This document shows, in pieces, positions 24,562 to 37,950 of a stretch of 64,000 nucleotides of DNA; the stretch's first letter is position 1; every line of letters begins with the position of its first letter. The notes below the pieces were generated by a model. The model did no database searches and was not told where the DNA came from. It saw only the letters and a program-made list of their open reading frames with translations. Origin of the DNA: Octopus sinensis (taxonomy: Eukaryota); the NCBI RefSeq assembly GCF_006345805.1, contig NC_043018.1:27466001-27530000 (forward strand), read 5' to 3'. The position numbers and the translations under genes were made by a program.

Positions 24562-27358
24562 AATAAGTTTCATGATAAATAGTAATAATAGTTCCCTTTT
24601 AGGTTATTTTAGTTTAAATTAGTTTAGATGATATATTTTGGTTATGTTGTCTAGGATTTAATTATAGTTAGTTTTTATGATATTTCTTTGTTTTAATTAG
24701 TTCATTTTTAATGTATATTAATTTAGCAGTTTATGGTACGTTAAAACTTTAATAATTTATATTAGATTTTTTTATTTTTTTATTTTTATTTTTATTTTTA
24801 TTTATTTTATTTTATTATGTATTTTTATTTTGCATTTGTTATATGTATTTGAGGATATATTTATATGTTTTGGGTGTTATTTAGTGGTGTTTTTATTGAG
24901 TTTTGTATGTATGTGTGAATGTTTAAGATCCCTTTGTTTTTTGTTTTTTATTTGTAGTTGAATTGACGACAGATTTTATTTGGGTATTGTCCTTTTATAA
25001 TAAAGTACACACCCATAATAATTATAAGTGCCCACTTTATTCGTTGTACTTGGGTTTTGCATGTGAGCCTCAGTATATGCACCTAACGGCCATCCAGCCC
25101 CACATGGATAAATAAACACATACATCCCCAACCACCATCACAAATGAAACCCACACCCATACAATGACAAAACTCCCCCATACCCTATTTACACCTACAT
25201 AGTAATCCAATCTATATTCTCCATACATGGACGCAAGTGCGTGAAGCACATGAACATAATTAGTACGTACACCCCTAATACACACTAATATATACGTATC
25301 AAGCTCGACCTCCACAGTGATAAGTTTACACACAATCACACCCGATGGGTGAATTGCACAACCAGTGAATGCTCACACATACGGGCGCGATTACATTGTT
25401 GCATATATCGAGCCAAAATTGTATGCATATGTACATGTGAGGGGTACACGTAAATGAAGTGAGCGTGTACCCCCTGTATTTATACCCGTGCGTGAATATA
25501 CACATGGAGACTACCACACAGGTACAACTGTGTTAGAGAATGGGAGCCCCATCACTACACTTAATGTATACTCTCACCCATCCGCACGGATGTGTAAGTG
25601 TATCTCCGGTGTTATGTTGAGGCTTATATGTGAGTTGTTGATTGAACGTCGTTGAAATTGTGATGAATGGGTAGAGTTGGGAATTGTAACCGTGTGGGGA
25701 CTAGTGTTGTTTGGAATTGTGAATGGATTAGGGTGGTAATGGTAGGCATTGAGTTATGGGTTACTGTAAGTTGTTTGTTAGAGTTGCTAGGGTGAGCTAA
25801 AGCTCATAAATGTATATAAGTTGTTTTCATGATAGTTTTTAAAGATCCATTCATAATAAATTTTTTAAGTAGCGTTGGTTTCTACGTGGAAATAGTTTTT
25901 AGTTCCATTTATTATATTTCTCCATTCATACTATGAAATGACGTTTACTTTCTATGGCGCGTATCTTTTTTTACATTAGTTATTTCCTTGGAACGTAATT
26001 TTGTTTGGTTTTTTAACGGCTAAAATCTAATTTCACTTCATAATTTGTAACTGAATTGTAAGTATGTATTTGATTTATCCTTATGTCATAATGTTATTTT
26101 GATATTCTGGTAATTACGATGTATTTATTGTTTTTTCAAAGAGTGTTTATGTATATGAGATTGGTTGTGAGTTTTTAATTGTATAATTAATTTATTTATC
26201 TGTATGAGTGTGGGTGTAAATATTGTTGTATATATCGAGTTTTAGTGAGTATGTATATGCGTATATGTGAGGGACATATGTATCTGTTGTGTATGTGTGT
26301 TTTTGTTGTGTGTGTGTTTTTGTGTGAATGGTGTATTTGGGTTTTTATTTAGGATTTGGGATGTATGTGTTAATTTGTCTGTGTGGGGAGGGAGTGGTTT
26401 TTTGTGTATATTGAGGTTTATAAGTTAGTATAGGTTTTTGTTAAGTCTTGGGTCTGTGGTTTACGTGTGGGTTTTTTGTGTGTGAATGTTTAGGTTAGGG
26501 GGATTGCTATATAAGTTTGTTATGGGTTTAGCAAAGGGGATTTTATCGTTATATGCTTTTATGAGTTTTGGTTTATCATGGTTTTTTTTTAGGTAATTTG
26601 TGGTATTTTGTCTATTTTAGGTGTTGGTTATTTTTTACATTTTTCATTCATAATTTTTGAGTGGTGTTCGTTTTGCCACGTGAATAACCGGGTGGTGGAC
26701 TAGCGTTGCTTGGAATGTGAATGGAATAGTGTAGTAGTGAGGTAGGCATAGAGAATGGGATTGGGTTACTGCAAGTTGTTTGTTAGAGATGCTAAGGTGA
26801 GTTAAAGCTCATAAATGTATATAATGGTTTTTTGTGGTGTGTAAGTATTGTTGTATATGTCGTTTAGTGAGTATGTATAGGCGTCTATGTGAGGGAGTAA
26901 TATGTATCTTTTGTGTGTGAGTGTTTTGCGTGTGAGTGTGGTGTTTTGTGTGTGAAATGTGTATATGGGTTTGTTATTTAGGTTTTGGGATGTATGTGTT
27001 AATTTGTCTGTGTGGGGAGGGAGTGGGTTTTGGTGTATATTGAGGTTTATAATTAGTATAGGTATGTGAAAGTCGTGAGTCTGGTTTACGTGTGTGTATT
27101 TGTGTGTGAATGTTTAGGTTAGGGGGTTTACTTTATAGGTTGTTATAGAGTTTAGCAAAGGGAGATTTTATCGTTATATGTTTTTAGAGTTTTGTTTTAA
27201 TCATGGTTTTTTTTAGGAATTCGTGGTAATTAGTCCTATTTTTCGATATGGATTATATATAGGTTATATATGGATTATATACTTATATTTTTTCATTTAT
27301 ACTTAATTATTTAAAGTATTATTTTATATTTTAAAATTTTGATTTTTAGATTGGAAGT

Positions 27359-27401
27359 CCACCTGAAGATTGTCGATCAGAGCAAGAAACGATTGTAGTG
27401 G
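27359..27401 (+). ncRNA. Minimal type I hammerhead ribozyme, family A (right arm)
   Basis: ccac CTGAAGA ttgtcgatcagagcaa GAAA cgattg TA gtgg. Confidence 0.75.
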
Positions 27402-28189
27402 CGGTTTTTTTGACTATTTATTAAATTTTAGATTGATTAAGTCTTTTCCTTGTTTGTTTGCAAAATAGTGGTTTTTGTCTCAAATAATATTTATAATATT
27501 TTACTATAAAATTGGATTTAATCTAAATCTGATTTTTTTCCCTGTAAATTTGGATATATTCCCTAATATTTATTATATATATATATAGATATATATATAT
27601 TTATGTATGTATATGTATAATATATTTGTTTATGCAGTTATTGAATTATTTCATTCATTAATTAGTATCACTCACACATGTGTTTATAATAATTTAATAA
27701 ATAGGTGTAATTGAAGGTAGGGACAAGATGCGACTTCGTTAAAACAGTCCTTCCCGCAAAGCAAATTAAATAAAATCTGGGATTTTTTGCGTAGGGTTAA
27801 AGTGGTAACAAAAACCGGATAGTAAGAACAAAACAATAAAAACAAACGGTGAGGGCTGTTAAGGCAAGCTGATGTGAAGTGGTGAACGCTGGGAAAACGA
27901 GCTTTGAGATGAGACAGGTAAAAGCACGTCGTGTATTTAGGAAGGAAGTAGAAGAATGAAAGATGGATAGCCGTTAGCCGCGTGTGAACAACGAGAGTGT
28001 CAAAGAGGAGGAGTGATAGAGAGGAGAGAGAGAGGAGAGAGAGAGAGAGAGAGAGAATGATGAAAGGGAGAGGAGAAGGATAGAGAAAGGGTGGGAGAGA
28101 AAAACGGAAAGGAAGAAGAACTAGAGACGGAGATAGATAGAAAGAATAGAGATAGAATAAGAGCGCGCATCGGAATTATTAAGGTAAAA

Positions 28190-28302
28190 CTTACTTCGAA
28201 ATGGATGCGTGGCTTTCGATCATATAATAATATAAATAATATATTTATTATATATTATTTGTTATTATATGATCGAACGCCACGCATCCATTCCCAAGTA
28301 AG
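28190..28302. repeat. ~110 bp foldback
   Basis: cttacttcgaaatggatgcgtggctttcgatcatataataa versus ttattatatgatcgaacgccacgcatccattcccaagtaag. Confidence 0.85.
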
Positions 28303-28714
28303 TATATATATAATATATACACACACATGCACACACAAACATATATATATATATATATATATGAGACCAAAGTGTACATATGCCGCTACATTTTTATATA
28401 TATAAAATACAAAAATGAGACAAGAACGCAAAACATCCAGACAGAGGGTACAAAGAAAACAAGGACGGGTCATTCGGAGTTTTCTTTCTTCAGTCGAGTT
28501 CCAGATTATCTTTGCAATTTCGGCTGGTTATACTCGAGATTGCTCCAATCTGGCCAGCTCCCAAGGAAAACCTAAGCTAAGAGCACTAGTTTCCTTGGAA
28601 GAAAGCAGGGTATGTAAACGAAAACGAGGACGGGAAAAACGGACGAATGGTACACAAATACAAATAACAGGACATTAACAACAGGTATATTCATATGTGT
28701 GTGTATGTGTGTGT

Positions 28715-28769
<55 letters not shown>

Positions 28770-28777
28770 CTGTGTGT

Positions 28778-28906
28778 AGGCGCAAGAGTGGTTGTGTGGT
28801 AAAAAGCTTGCTTCGCAACCACATGGTTTCGGATTCAGTCCCACTGAAGACTTGGGAGTGGATTTGGTAGACGGAAGCTGAAAGAAGCGTCGTATATCTG
28901 TTAAAT

Positions 28907-28938
<32 letters not shown>

Positions 28939-28945
28939 ATATATA

Positions 28946-28993
<48 letters not shown>

Positions 28994-29220
28994 TGTGTGT
29001 ATGTGTGTGTGTGTGTCTGTGTTTGTCCCTCTAGCATTGCTTGACAACCGATGCTGGTGTGTTTGCGTCCCCGTAACTTAGCTGTTTGGCAAGAGAGACC
29101 GATAGAATAAGTACTGGGCTTACAAAGAATAAGTCCCTGGGTCGATTTGCTCGACTAAAGGCGGTGTTCCAGCATGGCTGCAGTCAAATGACTGGAACAA
29201 GTAAAATAGTAAAAGAGTAT
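28778..29220 (+). mobile_element. SINE family 1 with internal deletion
   Basis: Head, body and tail match other copies. Confidence 0.8.
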
Positions 29221-29449
29221 ACATATACGTTCCTGTAGAACACAGATATGACATGTCGTGTCGATATTTATATGTATATGTATATATCTATATAATATAT
29301 ATTAAAAGACTTTAAAAGACTCCGCCGGGTTACGACGACGAGGGTCCCAGCTCATCACGATCAACGGAACCTTCTCGTGAAAATTAACGTGCAAATGCTG
29401 AGCACTCCACAGACACGTGTACCCTTAACCGTAGTTCTCGGGGATAATC

Positions 29450-29638
29450 AGCGTGACACAGAATAGTGACAAGGCTGACCCTTGGAATACAAGTACAACT
29501 CAGTTTTTTGCCAGCTGAGTGGACTGGAGCAACGTGAAATAAAGTGTCTTGCTCAAGGACAAAAACGCGTCGCCGGGAATCGAACTCACAACCTTACGAA
29601 TGAGCCGAATGCCCTAACCACTAAGCCACGCGTCCTCA
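29450..29638 (-). mobile_element. tRNA-derived SINE family 2
   Basis: Sense head ggacgcgtggcttagtggttagggcattcggctcattcgtaagg. Confidence 0.75.
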
Positions 29639-30142
29639 CATATATATATATACATTCCAGTAGAACACATCTATGTGTGTATATACGTATAGTATGCATC
29701 GCTGTTTTAAATCCGCGTCTTTATACATTTTCACACACACTATGTCCTGTATGCGTTCAAATATTTGCATAATTACGAATGTGTGGGTGCTTTTGTTTAT
29801 ATTTTGTTTGTAATTTTTTTCCTTTTTTTTCTTTTTTGATATTTACTGTTTACATGAGTTAGTAAGTGGAAGAAGGGAAATGACCATGACCCTTTCCCAG
29901 GGGCTGGTGGGGCGTGATGGGGGTACTGGTGGTTGTGGTGGACGTTTGGGGGTAGTGTAGTGGGGAGTGTTGGGGGTAGTGCTGGTTTGAAGTGGGGTGG
30001 CGTGGTCGGCGTTTTAAGGGAGAAAGTTTTTCTTTTCTTTTTCTATTCAGACTTTCCTGCATCTTGCGTAAGCAAACGGGTATCGCTTGATGCGCTAATA
30101 ATTTACGCGCGCACTCACAGACGCATACGCATACATACACAC

Positions 30143-30181
<39 letters not shown>

Positions 30182-30410
30182 ACTCACCCAATCACACACT
30201 TACCCTCCTACGCATGAGTATCAGTGTGTGCTTGTGTATGAGCACGCGTGCGTGAGAGGTTTATGCGATGCATATGCATGAGTGTGTTTGTGTATATATA
30301 CGTATATGCGTGTATGTGTGTGTGTGAGCGCGTGTGTATGTGTGTGTGTGTCTACATATATATTATATATATATAATATATATATATATGTCTCTGTATA
30401 TTCATATGTA

Positions 30411-30443
<33 letters not shown>

Positions 30444-30551
30444 TATGTTGTGTGTGGTGTTGTATATATTATATATATCTATACAAATATATTCTCTGTA
30501 TATTCTATATGTATTATATGTAATATATATATATATATATATATACACACA

Positions 30552-30601
<50 letters not shown>

Positions 30602-30759
30602 GTATATATATATATGTCTCTGTATATATATATAGGTATGTGTGTGTGCATATATGTATGTGTATATATTATATATATGTGTGTATATATATATATATAC
30701 ATAGAAACATATAAATATTTATACATTATACATATATTCACACATGTGCATATATATAC

Positions 30760-30802
<43 letters not shown>

Positions 30803-31479
30803 AACGTATACATATGCCATTGCTAATATCAGTAATGATGACATATTACGATGCATATTCTTATCTTCTGTTGCAGAGATGTGCTTAAACGTACTTCCGG
30901 TAGCATCTTAAAAGTACAGCCTCGCTCTTATTGTCACTGTTTCTGTTGTATGTTTTGCTTCAAGTTTATAGTCTTCATTTTTGCGATACTTTTTTTACGT
31001 GTTTTTCTGTGTTTTTTTTTTTAGTGATGGTGTTCCATTTGCTTTGCAGATGAGAGCGTAACAGAAAATGGTTATAGCTGTGTGGTTAAAAAGTTCGCTT
31101 TGCAGCCACGTGGCTCCGTGTACTGCCCCATGGTGCTGCACTTGGGCAAGTGTCTTCTATTTTAGCTCTAAATACAACTAAGGCCCCGTGAATGCATTTG
31201 GTAGATGGAGACTTTGTGGACGTTAGTCATATACATACCAGTGATACCTCCCAAACCCAGGGACTTTTCAGTACCCCACAGCCGTACATAAACACACACA
31301 TCGCCCGGTCTGAGATTCGAAACCGCTGCTCTGACCACTAGGCCATGTGCCTCCACATGAACTGATCGTTGGGCGATGCCAGATCAGCCTGCCTCGAGTG
31401 AAAGCCGCTGCAAGTATTAGATAAGAATGGGAAACTGGAACTGTAATTTAGATACAAGTTGGGATAATGTATTATTATT

Positions 31480-32020
31480 ACTAATATTATTAAAGTTCAA
31501 ATTCCGCCGAGGTCGACTTTACCTTTGATCTTTTAGGGTTGATAAAATAAGTACCAGTTGAACACTGGGGTTGATGTAACCAACTTATCCCCTCCCCGAA
31601 CTCGCTGGCCTTGCGCCAAAATTTGAAAGTAATATTATTTTGTAAAGGCGGCAGGCTGGCAGAATCGTTAGTACGCCTGGAGAAATGCTTAGCGGTACTT
31701 CGTCTGTCTGCATGTTCTGAGTTCAAATTCCGCCGAAATCGACTTTGCCGTTTATCCTCTCGGGGGTCGATAAATTAAGTACCAGTTATGCACTGGGGTC
31801 GATGTAATCGACTTACCCCTTCCCCAAACTTGTTGACCTTTTACTGCGCCAGGCAAAATGCTTAGCGGCACTTCGTCCGACTTCACGATCTGAATACTGA
31901 CGGCTTTGCTTTTCATCCTTTTGGGTTGATGAATTAAGTACCACTTATGCACTGGGATCGATTTAATCTACTAGTCCCCTCCCACCAAATTTCATGCCTT
32001 GTGCCTTTGGTAGAAAGGAT
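31480..32020 (+). mobile_element. Cluster of SINE family 3 (Nin-DC-like) copies
   Basis: Repeated ttcaaattccgccgaggtcgacttt...gataaaataagtaccag cores. Confidence 0.75.
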
Positions 32021-32479
32021 TGTTATTATCAATATTGGGGCTAAAGGAAAAATCAATTGGCTGGTCTGTTCCGGAGGGCTTTCGGGCCATTTCCGGTGCG
32101 AGATTAACTTCACAAATATGGAGTTATCGTCAACCGGTCCTGATCGGTGCCCGAGCAGTGCTGACTTGAGAGAACAGCCGCCGTCACGTGCAGGATTGAT
32201 CCGTCTATCGCCGGAGTCCATAGTGAGGATCGTTCTTCCGTCTTCCTTTGACCGTGAAGGACATGCAGTTTTTATCCGTCTGATGATCTTAGTGAAGAAG
32301 GTTGTGTGGTGCACCAGAATAAAAATGCTAATGATAGACATATTTCTGTTTGGTCAAGCCCTCGTCAAGTTTTTCAACTTTCACTCGAAAAAGTTAGGGT
32401 AGAGAGGGGACGCGCTGCCTTCAAGTTGGGTGAATGTAAACAGTGGAGTCCAAGTAAATGGGCCTACTCTCAGCATGCG

Positions 32480-32890
32480 CTTTTTGATGGAGTGGGGACA
32501 ACAGAGGGTAAGCACTTGCCTTAGCAATCAGAGTAATCTGTCATATCTCTCAACTTTTCTTTCTTCCTTATCGAATACCTTGACGTTAGCTGGGCATGCT
32601 ACATCTATGATCGAACACAGTTTGTTTTCATTCTTAATTAAGACTATTTCAGGTTTCCTATCCTCTATCTCGTTGTCGCACTGATCATAAAATCCCATAG
32701 GATCTTTGCATTTCTATTTTCGACGATGCCTTCAGGTTTGTGGTCTTATCAATTTTTTACTCAGTCAAGCCCATACTTGTTGCAAAGTGTCCAATGGACA
32801 AACCTGCTTATATTGTCGTGGCGAAATCACTCACCTTATTTTTTGGGGTATGATGGAAAGTATCAGCTGTTCACAGCAAGCACACTAAGG
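32480..32890 (-). pseudogene. R4/Dong-type LINE restriction-like endonuclease fragment
   Basis: Translation RHDNISRFVHWTLCNKYGL, PEGIVENRNAKILWDF, KPEIV, IIDVACP. Confidence 0.8.
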
Positions 32891-32907
32891 TGATACTTAT
32901 TTACTGA

Positions 32908-33200
32908 TCATGCTTCAAGAATCCTGAGAAGAATTCTTGCAGCTCCAAGAAATGCTGATTTCTGTAGGTCTTCTACCTTCATGCTTGCACCAATCTTTTC
33001 CGCCATGTTCGTAGTTGAGTGCTGATACTTCCAAGTGCACCAATTATTATTGGAAATCACGTTTATACTCTTCATTGACCACAACTTTCGTATTTCCCAC
33101 TTCAAAGCGTCGAAGTTGTATTTTTTCCTTCTTTCACATTGATCCTGTTGCGACCGCGGCATGCTATGTCGATTATCATACATGTTCTTTCTTTTTATTC
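32908..33200 (-). pseudogene. R4/Dong-type LINE C-terminal fragment next to (ATT)n
   Basis: KYNFDALKWEIRKLW...KVEDLQKSAFLGAARILLRIL. Confidence 0.8.
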
Positions 33201-33205
33201 ACCAC

Positions 33206-33282
<77 letters not shown>

Positions 33283-33293
33283 CATCATCATCA

Positions 33294-33326
<33 letters not shown>

Positions 33327-33389
33327 TATTATTATTATTATATTATTATTATGATCATTATTATATTATTATCATTATTATTATTATTA

Positions 33390-33610
33390 AGGTGATGAGC
33401 TAGCAGAATCGTTAGCAAGCCAGACAAAATGCTTCGCGGTGTTTCGCCTGCTGCTACGCTCTGAGTTAAAATTCCGCCGAGGTCGACTTTGCCTTTCATC
33501 TTTTCAGGGTCCTTAAATAAAGTACTCGTTGAGTACTCGGGTCGATGCGATCGTCTGTCCCACCGCCCCACTAAATCCAGGCCTTATGCCTATATTAGAA
33601 AGGATTATTA

Positions 33611-33666
<56 letters not shown>

Positions 33667-33705
33667 GTTATTGTCCTCCTCCTCCTCTTCATCATGTTCA
33701 TCATC

Positions 33706-33752
<47 letters not shown>

Positions 33753-33985
33753 TATCATCCTTATTATTATTATTACTGGCGAACTGATATCTAATCGTTA
33801 GCATGCCAGGCGGAATACTTAGCAGTTTTTCGTCCATCTGAGTTCAAATTCCACCGGGGTCACCTTTGCCTTTCATCCGTTCAAGGTGGATAAAGTAAGT
33901 ACCAGCTGAACACTGAGGACGATGTAATCGACTTCAACTCACTACTGAAATTACCGGCCTTGCGCCAACTTTTGAAACCATTGTT
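33390..33985 (+). mobile_element. Two SINE family 3 copies separated by (ATT)n/(CAT)n
   Basis: Head and core as at 12500. Confidence 0.7.
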
Positions 33986-34414
33986 GTTGTTGTTGTTTGT
34001 ATGTTTGTATGTTTGTATGTTTGTATGTTTGTTTGTTTGTTTGTTTGTTTGTTTTTCAGTCCCTGAATTACTGATGTAAAAGCTGGAGATCAGATAAATC
34101 CAAATTGATATAGTCGTCGAGGCGTCGGCTGCGGTGGGAAGCGGGGTGGCTGTTTTGAAATGTAAGCAATGTAGCTTTCTCTAGACAAATAACAGATGTT
34201 TCTACAGAGTAAAGTTACCTCTCTCTCTCTTTCTCTCTCTCTCTTTCTCTCTCTTGTCCTCTCTCCTTCTCTTTCTCCCTTGTTCTCTCTCTTTTTCTCT
34301 GTCTCTATCTATCTCTTTCTCCCCCTCTAACTTTATCTCTACACCTTTCCACTTTCCATCCAATCTCTGCTCTCCATCTCGATTATGTGGAGGGTGAGAT
34401 ACGTGCACGCGACT

Positions 34415-34475
<61 letters not shown>

Positions 34476-34700
34476 CACATATATATACATATATATATAC
34501 ATATATATATACATTTATATACGTATATATATATTTATATGTATATATATATATATACATGTATATATATATATATACACATATATTTAATTACATATCT
34601 ATATATATATATACACATATATTTAATTACATATATTTATATTTATATATATGTATATATATATATACATGTATACATGTGTATATTTACATAAATATGC

Positions 34701-34746
<46 letters not shown>

Positions 34747-35424
34747 AATGTGCCTGTGTGAATACATACAAACGTATAAATATATACTTACCTGTAGATA
34801 GATAGATAGATATATAGATAGATAGATAGATAATCTATGCGCTTGCACATGTATGTATGTATGTATGTATGTATGTATGTATGTATGTACTCACGTATGT
34901 ATGTATGTACGTATATATTTTATGTATGCAGACATACATGTATAGGTGCACAGGTATGTAATACCTCAGGGAATTAAGCAACAGTTTTGTGATATAAGCT
35001 TGTGTTAGAATAGAGGAGTAAGGGCGAAAACCCTAAAACTACTCACACCATATGACAAAAATCTATCGCGGACGATTGTGTAGGTCCCCCTGCATCTTAA
35101 CGCTAACCACTGTATTGGGGCCCGAAATTATCATGCATGGTTGCTGTCGGGGAGAAACAGTTGCAGCTCCCTGAGTGAGATTCCTTAGTAACTTACAGCA
35201 AAGTCAGCAGCGCTTAAAGACGATTGTTGCAAGTAGCTTTCATGGTTGAATACACACTGCATGCCTCGAGAGTAATAACCTGAACACCTTTGAAAGATAT
35301 CTTGCGACTTTTTATATCTGTAGGTATGTTTATCTGTGTGTGTGTGTGTGTATGCATGTATAGATGTATATGTGTGCGTGTGTGTGTGTGTGTGTGTAGC
35401 TAAATAGACATACATATATATATA

Positions 35425-35492
<68 letters not shown>

Positions 35493-35519
35493 TGAATATA
35501 CGTATTTATACATATAAAT

Positions 35520-35875
35520 CCTTAAAATCCTTAAAAATGTTTTAGCCTGAAGGCCGTGGCCATGCTGGGGCACTACCGCTGAATGAGCTACACTAATATG
35601 TGAATCCACCTCTGGTACGTGGCACTTGATCAACAAGGGAGTTCGATGCCGCTGCCCGCATCTGTGTCTCCTGTCGTGAGGTAGGTTCATCTGGGACCCC
35701 CGACAAGAAGAGATCCAGTTTAGTTTTAAAGAAACCCACATCCACACCATGCAAGTCTCTCAGGCATTTAAGGAGGATGTTAAAGAGCTGTGGTCCTCTG
35801 AAACCCAAGCTGTTGCAGTATCTGGTCCTGTATTTTGATGGTGATTTTGGAATCTTTGGGACTATGCAGTGGCGC
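35520..35875 (-). mobile_element. CR1/L2-type LINE 3' end
   Basis: RGPQLFNILLKCLRDL...FKTKLDLFLSGVPDEP...RAAASNSL followed by a catggccacggcc tail; same family as 42040. Confidence 0.75.
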
Positions 35876-35951
35876 CCCGTTATATATACATATATATGTG
35901 TGTATGTGTGTTTATGTGTGTACAAGTGTGTGTGTGCTTGTATGTGTGTGT

Positions 35952-35994
<43 letters not shown>

Positions 35995-35998
35995 TGTA

Positions 35999-36490
35999 CA
36001 GGGTGCGTCAACTATTTGAGAACTGAAATTTTTAAGAACCATAATTCTTTCAAATCTTACCTAAATATTCTTTCTTTTTTCAGCCCATACATCGAAGTTT
36101 CGAACCTACAAATGTAAACAACGAAGCTGCATGTTGTTTTGCCATCTTAGACGCTAACTGTCAGAGATTCTGCAATGGTAACCTTCTTAAATCTCGTCAG
36201 GTCCTTTGTGCTTAAGATCAGAAAACAGCTCCTCGCCTCTGGCTGGAATGTGTATTCTTGTAGTCAAAAGAGAAAAAAAAAAAAAAAAGAAAACAAACAA
36301 AAAAAACAACCTCGATGGCCAGACATTTGTCAGAAAATTCCAGTTTACTCTGCAAATCCATGACATCATTAACGAGAATTCCTGCAAGTCGGTGATGTCC
36401 ATTGTCAGTCATCTCCAAATGTTGGAGTCAACGATTAGAATTGAAAAGCACGAAGACATTGAGTACAAAACCTGTGTTCTGAGAAGAAAC
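35999..36490 (+). mobile_element. Tc1/mariner (maT-like) 5' fragment
   Basis: TA|cagggtg terminus; translation IINENSCKSVMSIVSHLQ...HEDIEYK resembles a maT HTH region. Confidence 0.55.
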
Positions 36491-36582
36491 CTGTGTTCTG
36501 ATAATACCCGGGAGAACCGTGTGATCCGGTCAAAGCACTTGCTGAACAAACACGAGTACCCCGAAGAACCAGACATGATCTT

Positions 36583-36998
36583 TACTCTTTTACTCTTTTA
36601 CTTGTTTCAGTCATTTGACTGTGGCCATGCTGGAGCACCGCCTTTAGTCGTGCAAATCGACCCCAGGACTTATTCTTTGGAAGCCTAGTACTTATTCTGT
36701 CAGTCTCTTTTACCAAACCGCTAAGTTACGGGGACGTAAACACACCAGCATCGGTTGTCAAGCGATGTTGGGGTGACGAACACAGACACACAAACATATA
36801 CACACACATACATATATATATATATACATATATACGACGGACTTCTTTCAGTTTCCGTCTACCAAATCCACTCACAAGGCTTTGGTCGACCCGAGTCTAT
36901 AGCAGAAGACACTTGCCCAAGTTGCCACGCAGTGGGACTGAACCCGGAACCATGTGGTTGGTAAGCAAGCTACTCACCACACAGCCACTCCTACGCCT
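36583..36998 (-). mobile_element. SINE family 1, full length
   Basis: Reverse complement of the family consensus. Confidence 0.85.
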
Positions 36999-37334
36999 AT
37001 GCCACTCCTTCGCCTATCTGGCTCGTTTCTTTTTTTTCTTTTCTTTTATAGATAAGAAGAACTCTGACCAAGATCAAAAAGTGTACTGAAGGAATTAAAG
37101 ACAGCTCTGTTCTAGTGCCCCTGAAGTTCGCAATGTTATTCGCGCAAAGTTCCCATCGTCAGCGCTGGTCTTGTAGTTCACATTCCTTCAAAATCTTAGG
37201 GTCGATATGGCAGTCCCCGTCTAGACAACGCAGGCGGTTATCATGTCCTGGGCCTAGAGTGAGCTCATGGGAGGCCGTACTTTTTCCAGCAACACTCACA
37301 CAACTTGCACAACCCGGAAATGGATGTCAGAAAA

Positions 37335-37950
37335 TTGTTAGGGTGTTGGATTCATGATCCTGAGATTGTGCTTTCAACTCCCGGGCATGGCAAGACACGT
37401 TGTGTTCTTGAGCAAAACACTTCATTTCATGTTGTTCCAGTTCACTCAGGTGGCAAAAATGAGTTATCCTGTGATGGACCGGCGTCCCATCCAGGTGGGG
37501 AATTTATACGCCATGAAAACGGCTCTTAGGAGTGAGTACAACTCGAAAAGAAAGTAAGGTAACTATATCTAAGATTAACTTATCAAATATGCTCTCACTG
37601 GTTTGTTATCATTTAACGCTAGGTCAGTACTGACCAAGTAATCCTTTGATCAAAGGCTTTCATGCTAGATGTAGCAGTCCTATCCAAGAATACCTAACAC
37701 TGTGGAGGCGTGTGGCTTAGTGGTTAGGGGTGTTGGACCCCTGATCGTAAGATTGTGGTTTCTTTTCCTGGACCAGGCAACGTGTTGTGTTCTTGAGCAA
37801 AACACTTCATTTCACGTTGGTCCAGTCTACTCAGCTGGCAAAAGGGAGCAATCTTGCGATGGTCTGGCGTCCCATCAAGGTGGGGAAATCATACGCCATG
37901 AAAACCGGGAAACCGGCCCTTACGAGTCAGTATGACTTGGGATGGTAACT
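37335..37950 (+). mobile_element. Two diverged SINE family 2 copies
   Basis: ttgtgttcttgagcaaaacacttcatttca...cagtc/ttcactcag bodies at ~37400 and ~37790. Confidence 0.7.

Larger units (their letters stand above)
20931..27492. mobile_element. Penelope-like foldback element: ~2.6-kb inverted arms flanking a GIY-YIG-coding spacer, in (TA)n
   Basis: 20931-~23576 is the reverse complement of ~24864-27492 (outer ends aaatattatttgagac / gtctcaaataatattt); (TA)n on both sides. Confidence 0.9.

Noticed and set aside
20931-27492. Polinton/Maverick or cut-and-paste transposon with long TIRs
   Set aside because: No integrase, DNA polymerase or DDE transposase; the termini are HHR-bearing PLE 3' ends in (TA)n.
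32278-32300. ctgatgatcttagtgaagaagg as a hammerhead
   Set aside because: No GAAA, stem II or stem III.
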